Part shown: piece after piece, positions 41,801-54,900 of the stretch | Layout of the letters: each line of letters starts with the position of its first letter | Position numbering within the stretch: position 1 is the first letter of the stretch | Source of the DNA: Tubiluchus corallicola | Taxonomy: Eukaryota > Animalia > Priapulida | Length of the DNA: 64,000 bases | Reading direction: 5' to 3' | Assembly (NCBI GenBank): GCA_030141605.1 | Contig: JAQGDQ010000237.1 | Span: forward strand, 124,001 to 188,000 | The notes under the pieces: generated by a model | Seen by the model: the letters and a program-made list of their open reading frames with translations, nothing else | The model's database searches: none | What the model was told of the DNA's origin: nothing | Translations under genes and position numbers: made by a program

Positions 41801-44800
41801 TTATTTTTTCAAACTTTACTCAGTCTTAGCTAAACTTGTTTCAAATGACTTATCGTCTAAATGGCTGCGTCTAACGGTCATCGCAGGAGTTTAAGTTTAC
41901 ATGTTTTGTACAGCGTTACTGCCGACTCAAGCCTTGTGTGCAAAAACACAGTATGCAGGTGGTATAACATTTTAAAACAAATTCTTTAAGCTTTATGTAA
42001 GTGGAGGGTTTTCTTGTGCTTTAAGGCTCGTTTTGTAAAATAAACATCGTGTTACATTGTAAGGTGTAAGGTGGTGACCGCCTAGGAATACCAGGTGCTG
42101 TAGGCTTGCTGGATGCCCACACTGTATCGAGTAGGCGAAGGAGCTACACAAGCAGCCAATGGCTAGAGGGCGGAGGAGGTCAAGTGACCCAATGGCTATG
42201 TGTAGAGGAGTAAAGCTTCCAAATTAGGAGTGGAGCCCCGAAGGCGGACCAGTGCAGCATGCTCACTGACTCCGGCAGCTCCTGCAGCCAACCTGGTGCC
42301 AAACGTAACGCTCCGCATTCCTTTGGACTACACCGGGGAGGAAGAGAGGGGGTTCCTGTTGTCTGGGCAACTCAGGATCTCCATACACCTTGCCCAGGCG
42401 TGCGCCCAGGAGACGTTCAAGGATCGCACTGCTCAGCCACAGTCGACGCTGCAGCTCCATCAATGTGATCAATAACTGACTCTCTTGGCGCACACTCCAT
42501 TGTCTTCCGAGACAGAAGGATGCCAACAACATTGTAAGGTTATAAATGCTGTCACCTGACGGCCATACTTTATCGCTTGTCCTTAATTTGTTAGCTGTGT
42601 GCTTTTAAATCAGAAGCTTTCGCCTTTCTAGTTGACGAATTGGACCTCACGTGATTTCGCAGCATTTACCCGTACATTCAATTGTCGGATGAAACAGATA
42701 ATCGCATCACGTTCGTGATTAAAAAAGTAATTATACCAGGTGGCGCAAAAAAGTGTGCCAAAGCTTTGTACACGACGTCATAATATGAAATAAGGGAATC
42801 AAGTGAAAATTACCATACTGATATTACAGATGCTCATGTACAAACATCAATAAATCTAAATCGGTCCCTTAGATTCCACTAGTAAAAAATAAAAACGGGA
42901 AAAACTTTGTGTGTCGCTATTGCTAAAATTTACAGCAAGGGCTCTATGTATCCACCATTTTCACTGCAAACCAGAGGAAGACGTTTCCTTTAAAGTAAAA
43001 CCGGACCCGATCTTAAACTGTAGGTCAAAACAATCTACGCTCTAAAATATTGAAAGCAACACACAATTTTATAAAAATGACTTACGTGAAATAATTATTA
43101 CCACACAAACAGAATTTCGCGTTCGCGCCACTAGTTCTTCACTGTTACATGCATTCTCTATTGAGGCGGGCACTAGCGCCTGCATTACGAAAGCGCATTG
43201 CATAAAGAAATAGGTGCTGTACCTCTCAGTTCAGATGTGTTAGTTTGTGACGCACTAGACACGTTCGACAGCTCATGTGTGAGCACAGCGGTGAATTTGA
43301 ACTTTACTTTATTTTAAAACTTGCCTAGTTTTACTACCTTACCTTACCTTAGTCCTTCCCGTGCACGGATGCACATTGGGCAGACAGCATTTTCCACTGG
43401 GTTCTATCGGCGGCTTCTCTTTCGATGTTCTCCCAACGTCTGTTCATAGCCCGAAGGTCTTCTTTGACAGATCTGCGCCACGTTGTTTTTGGCCGACCTC
43501 TTTTTCTTTTTCGCCAGGTGGTTCCCAGCGTAACGCTATTTTGGAGTGGCGTTGTTCTGGTAGGCGTAGAATATGTCCAGCCAATCTCAGCCTTCTCTCT
43601 GCGACTAGTTTTAGTACAACACACTGAATCTCTTACAGTAGCACTGCACTTCAATTTTAGCTTTTGTAGCTTGTTTTTGATGCTGAAAATTATGTTAGTT
43701 TGTGGTGTCATCGGCTCGTCCGTCATTAATTTAGTTTTTAATCTACAATTTAATTATCAGAAACGCTTTTGCAGTATTAATTGTGTTAAAATGTATAGTT
43801 TCATCGGATTAGAAAACGAGGTAGTATATAAAAAATCATTCTGTCTTCCTTCAACAGCTAACAGTTTATCACGTCTTTAAGGTTTATTTGGTCCCAGGAC
43901 TCTTTTGAGAATCCCAAGATAATTTTTGTCTTAGTTCCTTTGCATCAAACGGCTGCATCAAAAGACAAATTTTGTCTTTAGTTTATTTGCATCAGACGGC
44001 TGTGTGCGACAGTTGTACACTTTCGCTTTAACGGAATTCCAGATCCACGCTAGTTTCGACGACTTCACAACAGGTGGCAGTAGTGTCAAACATATTTTAC
44101 TTCTGCGAACTATGAATTCTGGGATTCTGCTCTATTTATAACAATAAGCTGGACGTAATTTAAGAGAATTTCGCTTAGGCTACATAGTTTAACCTATTTG
44201 CCCATTTTTACTATTTTAATAAGCCTTTTCACAGTTTCGTTGTGCACACGCGCAGTTGCTGTAATTCAAGGTTAACTGTACTATAGCAACGCGTCTTCGC
44301 GTTTTAACTATAACCGTCACGTGACATGTGGGTAAAGCAAACTCGTCTGCCACAACGGTTGTTTTACTTGGATTTTACTTAATTATACATCAGTCTGTGG
44401 GTAGAATGATTTACTAGCAGGATCCTACTTGGGAACAGGAATAAATGAACTAGGTAAGGATCTAGCTGGCTGTTAAAACTGTTATTATTACAACAGTATG
44501 GGCTGCTTGTCAAGTGCACTCAAATGTGTTATCTGGTACACGTAGCCTTTGACCTTTTCACGATCATCATCAATCGTTGGAACTGTGAAAAGGCTTATTA
44601 AGGAGGATGGTGGATGCTGATGGTGGATGCCGATGGTGGATGCCGATGGTGGATGCTGATTGTGGATGCTGATGGTGGATGCTGATGGTGGATGCTGATG
44701 GTGGATGCCGATGGTGGATGCTGATTGTGGATGCTGATGGTGGATGCTGATGGTGGATGCTGATGGTGGATGCCGATGGTGGATGCTGATGGTGGATGCT

Positions 44801-45779
44801 GATGGTGGATGCCGATGGTGGATGCTGATGGTGGATGCCGATGGTGGATGCCGACGGTGGATGCCGATGGTGGATGCTGATGGTGGATGCCGATGGTGGA
44901 TGCTGATGGTGGATGCCGATGGTGGATGCTGATGGTGGATGCTGATGGTGGATGCCGATGGTGGATGCTGACGGTGGATGCCGATGGTGGATGCTGATGG
45001 TGGATGCCGATGGTGGATGCTGATGGTGGATGCCGATGGTGGATGCTGATGGTGGATGCTGATGGTGGATGCCGATGGTGGATGCTGATGGTGGATGCCG
45101 ATGGTGGATGCTGATGGTGGATGCCGATGGTGGATGCTGATGGTGGATGCTGATTGTGGATGCCGATGGTGGATGCTGATGGTGGATGCCGATGGTGGAT
45201 GCTGATTGTGGATGCCGATGGTGGATGCTGATTGTGGATGCCGATGGTGGATGCTGTCTACAGGTCTGGTGTGCGAGATAAACTGCCTTCTGTACAGTGG
45301 ATGAGACCATTGCCACATACATGAACCGACACCCAAGTTCAGTCAACGTTAAATCATTAATATGTTTACAACTCAAATTTTAATAGACGCATACAGATTT
45401 TATTTTTGAGTAATAATCGTTACTTATGGGCGATAATATCACTTTAACATATCAATGCTGCGAGGCGTTGTCAAGTGCACACAAATGCGTTGTCTGGTAC
45501 ACTTAACCCTTGACCTTTTCACGATCATCTTCAATTATTAATTACTGTGGTGGTTTCGTGGATAAAACATAAAAACAGCTTTTTTGCAGATACTTGAATA
45601 CAGGAACAGAAGCCATGCACGCTGCAGAAGTTGAGAATGGCTTGTACTACAACTACAATGATGAAGCAATGGAACTTTTGCAATCTCACGACAGTTCAGC
45701 GTGGCAAATGGTTGATGAACTCAGTTTATCTTTCCTTCCTCACACTGATGCTTTCTATATGAACAGCATTATTCAGTGA
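38894..45779 (+). CDS. Uncharacterised ~838-aa low-complexity (S/E/K/N/T-rich) protein, at least 2 exons; 5' end uncertain
   Basis: The 2.3-kb open exon (38894-41220) ends at TC|GTAAGT (phase 2). It joins in frame to TTTTGCAG|A TAC TTG... (45590-45779), giving SYLNTGTEAM...FYMNSIIQ*. Basic NLS-like patches (KKRRT, PRKKQKK). No domain recognised. Confidence 0.7.
41365..42020 (-). mobile_element. Non-autonomous DNA transposon family B (Kolobok-like), copy 2, inverted
   Basis: Reverse complement of 34962-35557. The right end CTTGTGCT is followed by TTAA, a Kolobok-type target site. Confidence 0.75.
42066..42528 (+). mobile_element. 5'-truncated 5S-rRNA-headed SINE (SINE3) with an RTE-UTR-like body
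   Basis: Perfect 12-bp TSD ACATTGTAAGGT (42054-42065 and 42529-42540). 42073-42107 (GGTGACCGCCTAGGAATACCAGGTGCTGTAGGCTT) matches the 3' end of 5S rRNA. GC-rich body, short CAA tail. Confidence 0.85.
43338..43604 (-). mobile_element. RTE-clade LINE, 5'-truncated 267-bp insertion
   Basis: Encodes KRKRGRPKTTWRRSVKEDL...AADRTQWKMLSAQCASVHGKD* and a (GTAAG)n tail. 13-bp TSD CTAGTTTTA(C/G)TAC at 43325-43337 and 43605-43617. Confidence 0.9.
44218..44599 (+). mobile_element. MITE family A, full copy
   Basis: Perfect TIR AATAAGCCTTTTCACAGTT / AACTGTGAAAAGGCTTATT. A further partial copy lies at ~45459-45549. Confidence 0.88.
44606..45256. repeat. 13-bp minisatellite GATGGTGGATGC(T/C), ~50 copies
   Basis: Head-to-tail 13-mers; this array explains the His/Pro/Ser-rich pseudo-ORFs. 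Confidence 0.97.
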
Positions 45780-46216
45780 AGGGATGCTTATGCTTCTTCA
45801 TGTACATAATGTTGTAAGAAACCATTCTGACTGTATATTTATTCTTAGTGCAAAGCAGATATGAAATTCGATTACCAAATTTGTTATCGTTTCAATATTT
45901 CAATATTTCATTGAAGTATAATATTAGTGAATAAGTAAGCGATTCCTAGCAACAAGAGACTTATTAAATGGGTCAAAAAAATTCCAAATATTTTTATTTT
46001 ATGTTTCGCGCAAGGCAAATAAATATTGTACACATATAAGAGATTAAGCAGTGGCCATTTTCGTACAAAAATGTGAGATAGTAGATTGTGCGTAGAAGAA
46101 ATCACAGCATTGAAAGTTATTTGCTACACTCTAATAATGTTTCATGTTTTTATTAGTACAGAAAATGAAAGAGGTTTCCAGTGAATAAGCGAGTCGTGTT
46201 CTGCACTTGACTGAAT

Positions 46217-46263
46217 AGTTAAGCAAACACTACCGGACCTGGTTAGTAAACGGAGGGGTGACC
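46217..46263 (+). mobile_element. 5S rRNA-derived control region remnant (SINE3-like)
   Basis: AGTTAAGCA...GGACCTGGTTAGTAAACGGAGGGGTGACC resembles 5S box A / box C. Confidence 0.5.
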
Positions 46264-46637
46264 ATTTGCCTCTTTCTGCCAGCACTACCTCTGACTATTT
46301 CTCTCGTTTAGGGAGGATGTCCCTGCGTGTCTAAGACAGCTTTTGGCGGAGCACAGACTCATTTTAAAGAATTTTTCTTCATAATTCTTTAAATTCTTTA
46401 AATTTCGGTAGGTGTCTCTGTCATCTGCTCCTGTTGAGCGCCGCATTCCGCCTTTCAGAGTGTCGAACTGTAGATAAATGAAATGAATATTATACACAGA
46501 ATTTTTTGTTATTCGCCCAGAACTGGTAACGGGGCTCGTTAGTACACAACCTATGATAAATGTTCAATGCAGTAATAAGCAGCGTTTGTGTTCGAAGACC
46601 AATTCGTAAGACGGCTGCTGCTTTGCTTAGGATCAGT

Positions 46638-46918
46638 CAGGGCGTATATCAGCCTAAGCGAGGCCCGGGGAAGTGGGGCGTGTGAGGCCCCCTCGGGGGG
46701 GGGGGCACCATGGTTGGCGCCCAGAAAATTTTTGAACTGCTAGAACGCCGGAGAAGCATTTTCGAAGAGAAAATATGGAGTTATACAGTTGTTAAAAAGG
46801 AAAGAACAATTGAATGTTCGCATAAAGCAAAAAAATGTTACCTCGGCGCGAGGGCCTCTGGAGGGTGAGGCCCCGGGGAAGTATCCCCACTCCCCCTCCA
46901 CCCCTGAAATAGGCCCTG
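46638..46918. mobile_element. hAT-family MITE, 281 bp
   Basis: TIR CAGGGCGTAT / ATAGGCCCTG with an 8-bp TSD GGATCAGT / GAATCAGT. Confidence 0.85.
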
Positions 46919-48991
46919 GAATCAGTGCGTTGAAAAGAGTCTAATATTAGAACTTTATAGAGCGTTTTCTGATTGCGAAATGTTTCCTCTACAGAAATTG
47001 CTCTAATACAACATTTCAACCAGGTTTGAAACATGAAAGAAGTATTCATAATACAAGTTTACTCACTTCTACACATGACAGTATTATTTTACTATTTTAT
47101 TTTGTAGCTTCAGTTAACATACTACACGTACCAACAATAACAAACTTACGATAATGTGTAATCTACAACAGCATAATAATTATACAGGCCTATAAATTAA
47201 TTGTTTTTAGCAACGTTCCGTAATTAATACAAATTAATTAAGGTTTCTTTTTGTATTAGTAAAAATATAAGATAAGCAGTATAAATCTTAGGCTATAGAC
47301 TATTCAGTATTAACTATGTATACTAAGCATTTATACTACGTAGCATTGTAACTTTCTTACAAAATCTGGCCTCTTTTATGAGAGAGAATATGCAGTAAAA
47401 AAATACGTTAAAACCGGTTGTAAGAGGCTGAAAAAGATTGATGTTCTCGGAAAAAACAAACAGAAGAAAAATAGAAGAGAAGAAAGAGGAAAAGTGCAGG
47501 AATTAAAGCAACAACAAGGAAAGGCAATGTGCTAGAGAAAAAGCGAGTAACATTTTATTCTTTATACAGAAAAAACTTTTCTTACTAAGTTTACCTGCAA
47601 TATTCAGGAACGTTAAGAGGCTTTTAAAAACAGTGGGCCCATCAAAAATGCAGTCAGGTAGTGTGGATGGGGGGGGGGGTGAATCCTCGGCCATCAATGC
47701 ATTTTGCATATTTTAGACCACTTTTGTGCCTGCTAGAAGCTATTTCCTCAAGGAAGTTCACTAGTTTAAAACAGGCGTTATCTCGAACTTTTGATTCATA
47801 ATTACAGACCAATATATTGACAAACAGACATATACATGATGTACAGACGAGTAACTTACATGTGTTTTAAAAAGCAAACCCTTGTGATTATATGTTTTTT
47901 GCGGAAATTAAATTTTAATAAAGACACCACTAGAATTCAGCTAATCGTTCTAATCCAGAGAAAATATTCATATTTTGGTGTTGTAATTGCTACTGTGAAA
48001 AGGGGCCCACACTCCTAGGGACCACCTGTTAAATCCGCCACTTAGCATAAAATTAAATCTAGTGAAAACTCAATTAGCGAGTGGCTTACCAACTTAGCTT
48101 CCTCCTCCATATTCATAGTTGCTCATCTCCACTGAGTAACAGTAAGAGCGCCAACCGAGATGTTGTTTTGGACACCTTAGTTTTACACAGTATGATTAGT
48201 TCCTTTTATTGTTTTCAGTACTGTCTCTCTGTGTCTGTCTGTGCATTTGAATCAACTGACACGATGGCTGGTGACGTAAACTTGTGCCACCAGCCATCTT
48301 TTCTTTGTTGCTGTTTTACATTGTCTCATGTTTTTCATTGTTCACGAATTACAAATCAGATCTCTTTAGTTTTCCCATTACATTTGGGCATAAACCAACA
48401 CAGATTTTTCTAGGTGGTTTCAAAATGGTACGTATTAATTTTCTAAGCAGCTATGGGTCACACGCACATCAGTATGGGTCACACGACTCACACCGCTGTC
48501 GATACTCGGCGTATTCGCTAACGACTTAAAATGACATCAGCTTCCGGGAGCTATTTTGTTTGTTTTTATGTGAATTTCTTTAAATTTGTATAGTTTGGCT
48601 GTTTTGCAGTTTTGAGCAACTGGTAAAAGTTAATTAGAAAGTAGAAATGCCGAAACGACAGTGTGCATTTACAGACTAAATGAATAGCCATTTGGTATTG
48701 CTATTAGAATACATGTAGGCTTATTTGTATAATTTGCATTTTATTTTGTATTGTTTTAATGGACCCTAGACTGGTCATTTTTGCCTACTTACAAATGTGC
48801 GAAAAAGTGTCCTCTTTTTCAACTCAGACAATATGGTAACCCTATCTAAGCTATGCAAATAACTTTGAATTAGTGGAATTGTGAGACTGCCATTCGGTAA
48901 GCTTTATAATAATATACCCGTATACTGTTTTTAGCATTACTTTGATGCTGACAATTGTCATTATTGACTATGTTTTATCACAAGTTAATTG

Positions 48992-51900
48992 TTATTTCAA
49001 CAAATATCCTGTAAAGGTTGAGAAAAGTTGTGGCAAAAAGTTTGAATTTGAAACCATTGTGCGTTTTATTCGCACGTAGGCTTGTTCGCCACGTGTCAAG
49101 TGAAGAATAATCGTATTCGAACCAGAACCCTGATAGTTTGAACCTCCTGCGTGAATAAACATCTTGTCTTTGCCACCAACAACTAGAGCTGAAAGTAAAA
49201 AAAACTCATGAATTAAAAAGCAGGAACCATTATATGCGGTGCCTGCTCATAGATGGCGCATAGCTACGCTAGCGCCCTAGGGAATCAGTTTTCATGTAAC
49301 AGTAGAAGCAAATAACTCTTAAAATAAAAAACATTTTTAACAAGTTCCAAATGGCAAATTCATCGGAGAAATGAACTCATTCTAAACGCAACGTGAGTTT
49401 ACACACACGGAGAAAAATAAACAAATACAATTTTCTAGAATTGTGTGCTCATTGGACGCTTATAAGATGGCAAAGTTATAAAAACAACAAATATCTACTA
49501 GGCAAAAAAATCAACGTGGTGCAGAGGAGGCAACGAACTAGCTACAAGACAATTAATTACTGTTAACGGATATCGATGAATTGATTAACTGCTTTGCAAC
49601 AAAATGGCATGTTGCTTTATTTTAAAAGTAAATTTTGCATACGAGAATACCACTTCTGAATAAAAATGTTCCCTCTTTTCCATTTTTATACATCTGTCAT
49701 TTGGAAATCTTAATTTCGCTGAAAAACTTGCTACAACGCTGGTTACAATTTCATTGCATTGTAATAGATGCTTACATATTTACATAATTGATGTTGGTTG
49801 ACACAGGTTTAAATGAGGTCCTCCAAAGCGGAAAAAGGACCTCAAGATGTCTAGTCGTCCTCAAAAAATATGTTTAAAAAGTAACAGAAAAATGAACACC
49901 GGATAAGTCATAGTTAAGAGAGTCTGTGATAAAAGCGAATGAACTAAGTAGTTTGTTATATGTAGATAAAACTTTTCTATAAGTTTTGATTTAATTTTTT
50001 TTCTTTTATATATGTGTTTAAAGTTCAAACTTTGTGGGCCGATAAAAATGTTCTGTGTTCAAGGACGGGACTTTCTAGTCTAAACTATGAAGGTTAAAGG
50101 AAAACCGGATGATTGTGTAGACATTAGTTCAGAGTAAAGAATGCTCTAAAATATTGAAAACTACAATAGCTTTTTTTAAATCAAAGTTTAGATTAAATAA
50201 TAACTATGTCGGATACTCAAATTTCGTTAAACTTTCAAAGTTATTGAAGTGCTGGGCGGCTTCATTGGTGCAACCAATGTGTAACAGAAGGGAATAGGAA
50301 CACTCTACAGTAACAAAATAGGTAAAATAATTCATAGATATATAAGATAAAGTTAAGAAAATAAATAGATTAAGTTAATTAAGATTTCCACGTACAGTTT
50401 GGCCTGTCAAGCTATGCTTTTAGGCTTAAACTGTATGCATCAAAATTATTGTGTAATGTAATTTGCACATGTATATACTAGCTGCTAAAGACTCTTTTTT
50501 TGTAATTTCTGGACTATGTTGCATTTGTATTTTTACTTTAATTGATAATTATCTGTATTTTAATTACAATTGTAAGATGCAGTGTGGAAATAAAAAAACT
50601 TTTGAACTTTGAATACAAGATGTCTCTGAGGAAACGCAAGTGATCAACAGTATAATAAATTAATAGAAACGTTTCTTTCTGTATATAGCAATCTATTCAT
50701 TAGTTCATTCTGCTTTAACACAGGCCCTCAGAACTGTGTGATATCCGGAGTTATTGTGGTTCTGATACCGAATATTTTAACCCAATAAATAAAAACAAAT
50801 GAATAAATAAATAATAAAAAGGCACCTGCAGTCGTACAGTAAATTATAAATTATAAAATAACTCTTATGGTATACATACAATACTTTGCTTTGCATCAAC
50901 GTATCATGGTATGTTGCTTTTAGAAGAACTTATTTGCATTTGAAAAAATGGAAAGAGCAAAAAATTATTTTACTTTACTTACGTTAATTGCAATTAGTTT
51001 TCGTTGAACAAGAAAATAGATTTTAGTGTTTTCAGCATTGCTCTATTTGTTTTATAGCCGAATAATTGAACAAAATTTTGGTTGTTCGTAATTCACGTTG
51101 TGGTCCAGCTAAGTCAACAAACTCCAGAAAGCATAGCAGTTAATGATGAGTCTTTGGACTTACGCAGCGACATCTCGTGAAGCAAAACGAAAACATTTTA
51201 CCTGCAAACACTCTTTCGTAGTAATCAGAGACGAGAGTCACGTGAAAACTGTAGTAACCGGAAACTGGAGTGATGAAAATACCGGATGTCGGATCATAAG
51301 CACCTCCTCGATTGCTTGTGGTCGTTCCAAAGACGATGGTGCCTTTTGCCGGAATCACTGCATCAGTACCAACAGTTGCAGAGAAGAACACAGAAGAGCT
51401 CTCTGTAAAACAATTTCAAGGTTCTAAATACCACTATTGCACTTAAAGAGTTGAATTAGACTCAAAGTCTCCACAATTCTCATCATCGTCGTTGTCGTCA
51501 TCATTGTTTTCATCGTCACCATCATCATCATCAACAACATCATTATCATCATCACTTTCATATCATCATCATTATAATCACAGCCATTATCGTCGTCGTC
51601 ATCATCTTCATCATCAACAACAACAACATCACCGTCGTCGTCGTCGTCAACATCGGCATCATCGTCATTATCATCATCATATCGAAAAACACAAGTATCA
51701 CTTTTTATCACTGGACTACGTGTGTGATAATGTGTGAATGAGCCTTAGGAATCTTTTCATCACTCGCTCGTCACTGGGTGGACGAACGAGAGATGAGAAG
51801 CTTCTACTAATTTATATAACAGAGTGGGCAAATAAATAATTAAACTAGCCGACTGAAAGAAATGTTTAGAAAAAGATAATCTAGATACGGCTGATGTAGT

Positions 51901-54900
51901 CATAGACGTGACGGACAAATAAACTTACAGCAAACAGCTGTTAGCAACACAATGTTGTGAGTGTGTATGAAGTTTGAAGCTTTGCCAGAAATGTCGAGAT
52001 TACTTCAGTTCTCGACCTGCATAGTTCGACACGAATAGATTACGTGTTCGTAAATTGGAAGGGCTGACTTTGCAAAGAATTCCCTCTCATAGGGGTCATG
52101 CATTTTTTGAGAATTTACAATAACCCTAACTTTGGGAAACCGCATCCGGAACAAAGAAACATTGACGCAGACTTGCAGACTCCTTTGTCACAGCATTTAC
52201 CTAATTAGGAATCAGTGAGTGATCATTCACAGGTTCTGAGACCATTAACCGGTCTTTAGAGTTCTGTAACTTTATTATGTATTCGTGATTAGCATTGTAC
52301 ACATGAACACAAAACATTCCAGGAAGAAAAAAGAAATATATATATATTTCTTTGCGTCTTTAAAATAACTAGGTCTATTTTATATATATATATATTATAT
52401 ATATATATAAATAATATAAATAAAGTTATATTTAAGTTATATATATCTTATATATTCTTTGTTGAAAGAAATGCTTCAATTGATTTTACTTAGTGTGTTA
52501 ACGAGCGTTTACTTAGGGCGAATAGCGAATCAGCAATGATTCGGAAGGGGGTAGAAATGCAGACAATGACCCAAAAGGGGGTAGAAATGCAGACAATGAC
52601 TCAAAAGGGGGTAGAAATGCAGACAATGACTCAAAAGGGGGTAGAAATGCAGACAATGACTCAGAAGGGGGTAGAAATGCAGACAATGACCCAAAAGGGG
52701 GTAGAAATGCAGACAATGACTCAAAAGGGGGTAGAAATGCAGACAATAACTCAAAAGGGGTTAGAAATGCAGACAATGACTCAAAAGGGGGTAGAAATGC
52801 AGACAATGACTCAAAAGGGGATAGAAATGCAGACAATGACTTAAAAAGGGGTAGAAATGCAGACAATGACTCAAAAGGAGGTAGAAATGCAGACAATGAC
52901 ACACAAAAGGGGTAGAAATGCAGACAATGACTCAGGAGGGGGTAGGAATGCAGACAATGCTCAAAGTGGGGTAGAAATGCAGACAGTTAGGCTCTCGGAT
53001 TCATCAGACAAAACGCTCCAAGGAACAATGTTCGCCATTCGGTTTGCAGCTTCAATAAAAAATGGCTTCCCATAGACGTTGTTGTACAGATTTCTAACAT
53101 TGTACAGATCATGCTGTTTACAAGCGAGTCCAAGGAGGTTACAGTTCTCAGGAATCCAGAGGGTAAGTAAACGATCCTGGCACCTGTTTGGCGTACAGCA
53201 GACGTACGCAGAGTTGTCTTCGTTAACTCAGAATCATTGCGCTATAGGCTGTATATAGAAAAGTTATGTAAACCGAAAGATATCCATAAATCTATTTTTG
53301 TCCTCAGAGAAAATTTTGCATATAATGTTAAGCGTTTTTGAGTAATCTAATGTTGCCGCCACAAAATTCCACGAAAACACAAGCTTTCTACTACAGCCTG
53401 CAATCCATTCAAATTCCAGCTGGGAAAATAATACTAACCATTCAAATTGCCAAAGTGAAATTCTACTATAATAAGTTTCAATAATGGTTTTTAAGAGCAA
53501 AATGAGCAAAATACGGTTGAAATCGAACTAGAAATTTATTTAAAAGCACGGAAACACGGAGTTTTAACTAAAATTTGCAAAAACGAAAACAATACTACCG
53601 ATTCAAATTATGAAAACGAAATTTCACTATAAAAACAAGTTTTGATGATAATGTTTAAGTGTAAAATGAGAGAAAAGATCTTATAATACAATTTGAGCAT
53701 AGAGAAAAAAGAGCAGAAAAATTAGTAGTTAGTAAAACTGTAACAAGTTCATAGGTTAAAAGTATGTTAATGTGAAATCAATGTTCTAGGCTGATTAATA
53801 CACACCTGCATTTCCATTTCCAAAGTTGATTCCGTCAATTTCTGTTCTCAATTCCTTTATATGCATGTCGTTTGCCCTTTTCACGTCGGCTATTGAATTC
53901 TCTACTGTCACCCACTGACTTTGTTGAGCGCGTTTAACTTTTCTCATTTTTCTGTCAAGTTTTTTCAACTTTTCATTCACAGTGGTTACCATTTTACCGA
54001 CTTCGTCCAAAATTTTCGGGTCAGCTTCATTTATGTCGGAAATCACATTGGAAGTCCGTCGAAAATTTGGCCAGACGGACTTGACAGATTTGCGCATTTT
54101 TCGCAACTCTCTGATGAGTTTTGAATTGTTTTGCATCTCTGACTGGAGTTGAGATAATGTTTCGTCCAGACGTACAAGTCTGTATGCTAAACCACCTATT
54201 TGCTTATCCTGTGTTGCCTGAGTTGAATTAATTCCAAGTAGAGACATCCTGAGGAAATCTAGGTACTGCTCGAGGTTTGTTAAATTAGATTTTAATTGTG
54301 CCATCAGCGCTGCAGTTTCTCTTTCGTGTTGCTGAATATATTCTGCGTGCATCGTAACATCACGTTTAATTCTGTCTAATTCGTACATCGTGCTGTTGTG
54401 CTCAGTTTCTAGCTGAGTCACTTTCCTCTCTGTATTGGCAAGGTTTCTCGATAGCTTTGAAGTCGTCTGGACGTGAGAATTGAACTTTCTCTTGAAACCA
54501 AACATGTCCATTTCAAACTCGTTGAAGTCCTTCAAGTGGACATTGAATTTGTTCTCCAAACTCTGTAATTTTCGACCAGGATAACTAGGTCGGGAATCAC
54601 GTGGCTTCAAGTCTACAGGAGTTTCAAAGTTGGGGGAGAATTTTACGTCTTTTATGGCTTTCGTAAGTTCAGTTAACTGACTGATGATGTCGGTCTTTGC
54701 CGTCACGCATTCGAGGTAAAATTCTTCTCTTGTGTCGTTAAGCAAGGTTTCAAGATGTTCGTAGTTTATGTCATGATTCTGCTCAGCATCATCAAAATAC
54801 TTGTCTAAAAGTGCAGACACAGTTTTCTCATCAACACAGTCAACTTTGGGGATAGAGCACAAGGGTTTATCCTCAGAAGTCACACTGTTTGGTTTAAGTG

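Noticed and set aside
42073-42107. Functional 5S rRNA gene
   Set aside because: Only the last ~35 nt are present, inside a TSD-flanked insertion, with no poly-T terminator.
44488-45376. 282-aa and 268-aa His/Pro/Ser-rich ORFs
   Set aside because: Translations of a stop-free 13-bp minisatellite plus MITE sequence; the same peptide appears in several frames.
52513-53075. Repetitive ORFs (MQTMTQKGVE)n and reverse frames
   Set aside because: 30-bp intronic minisatellite; the C1q gene splices in phase across it.
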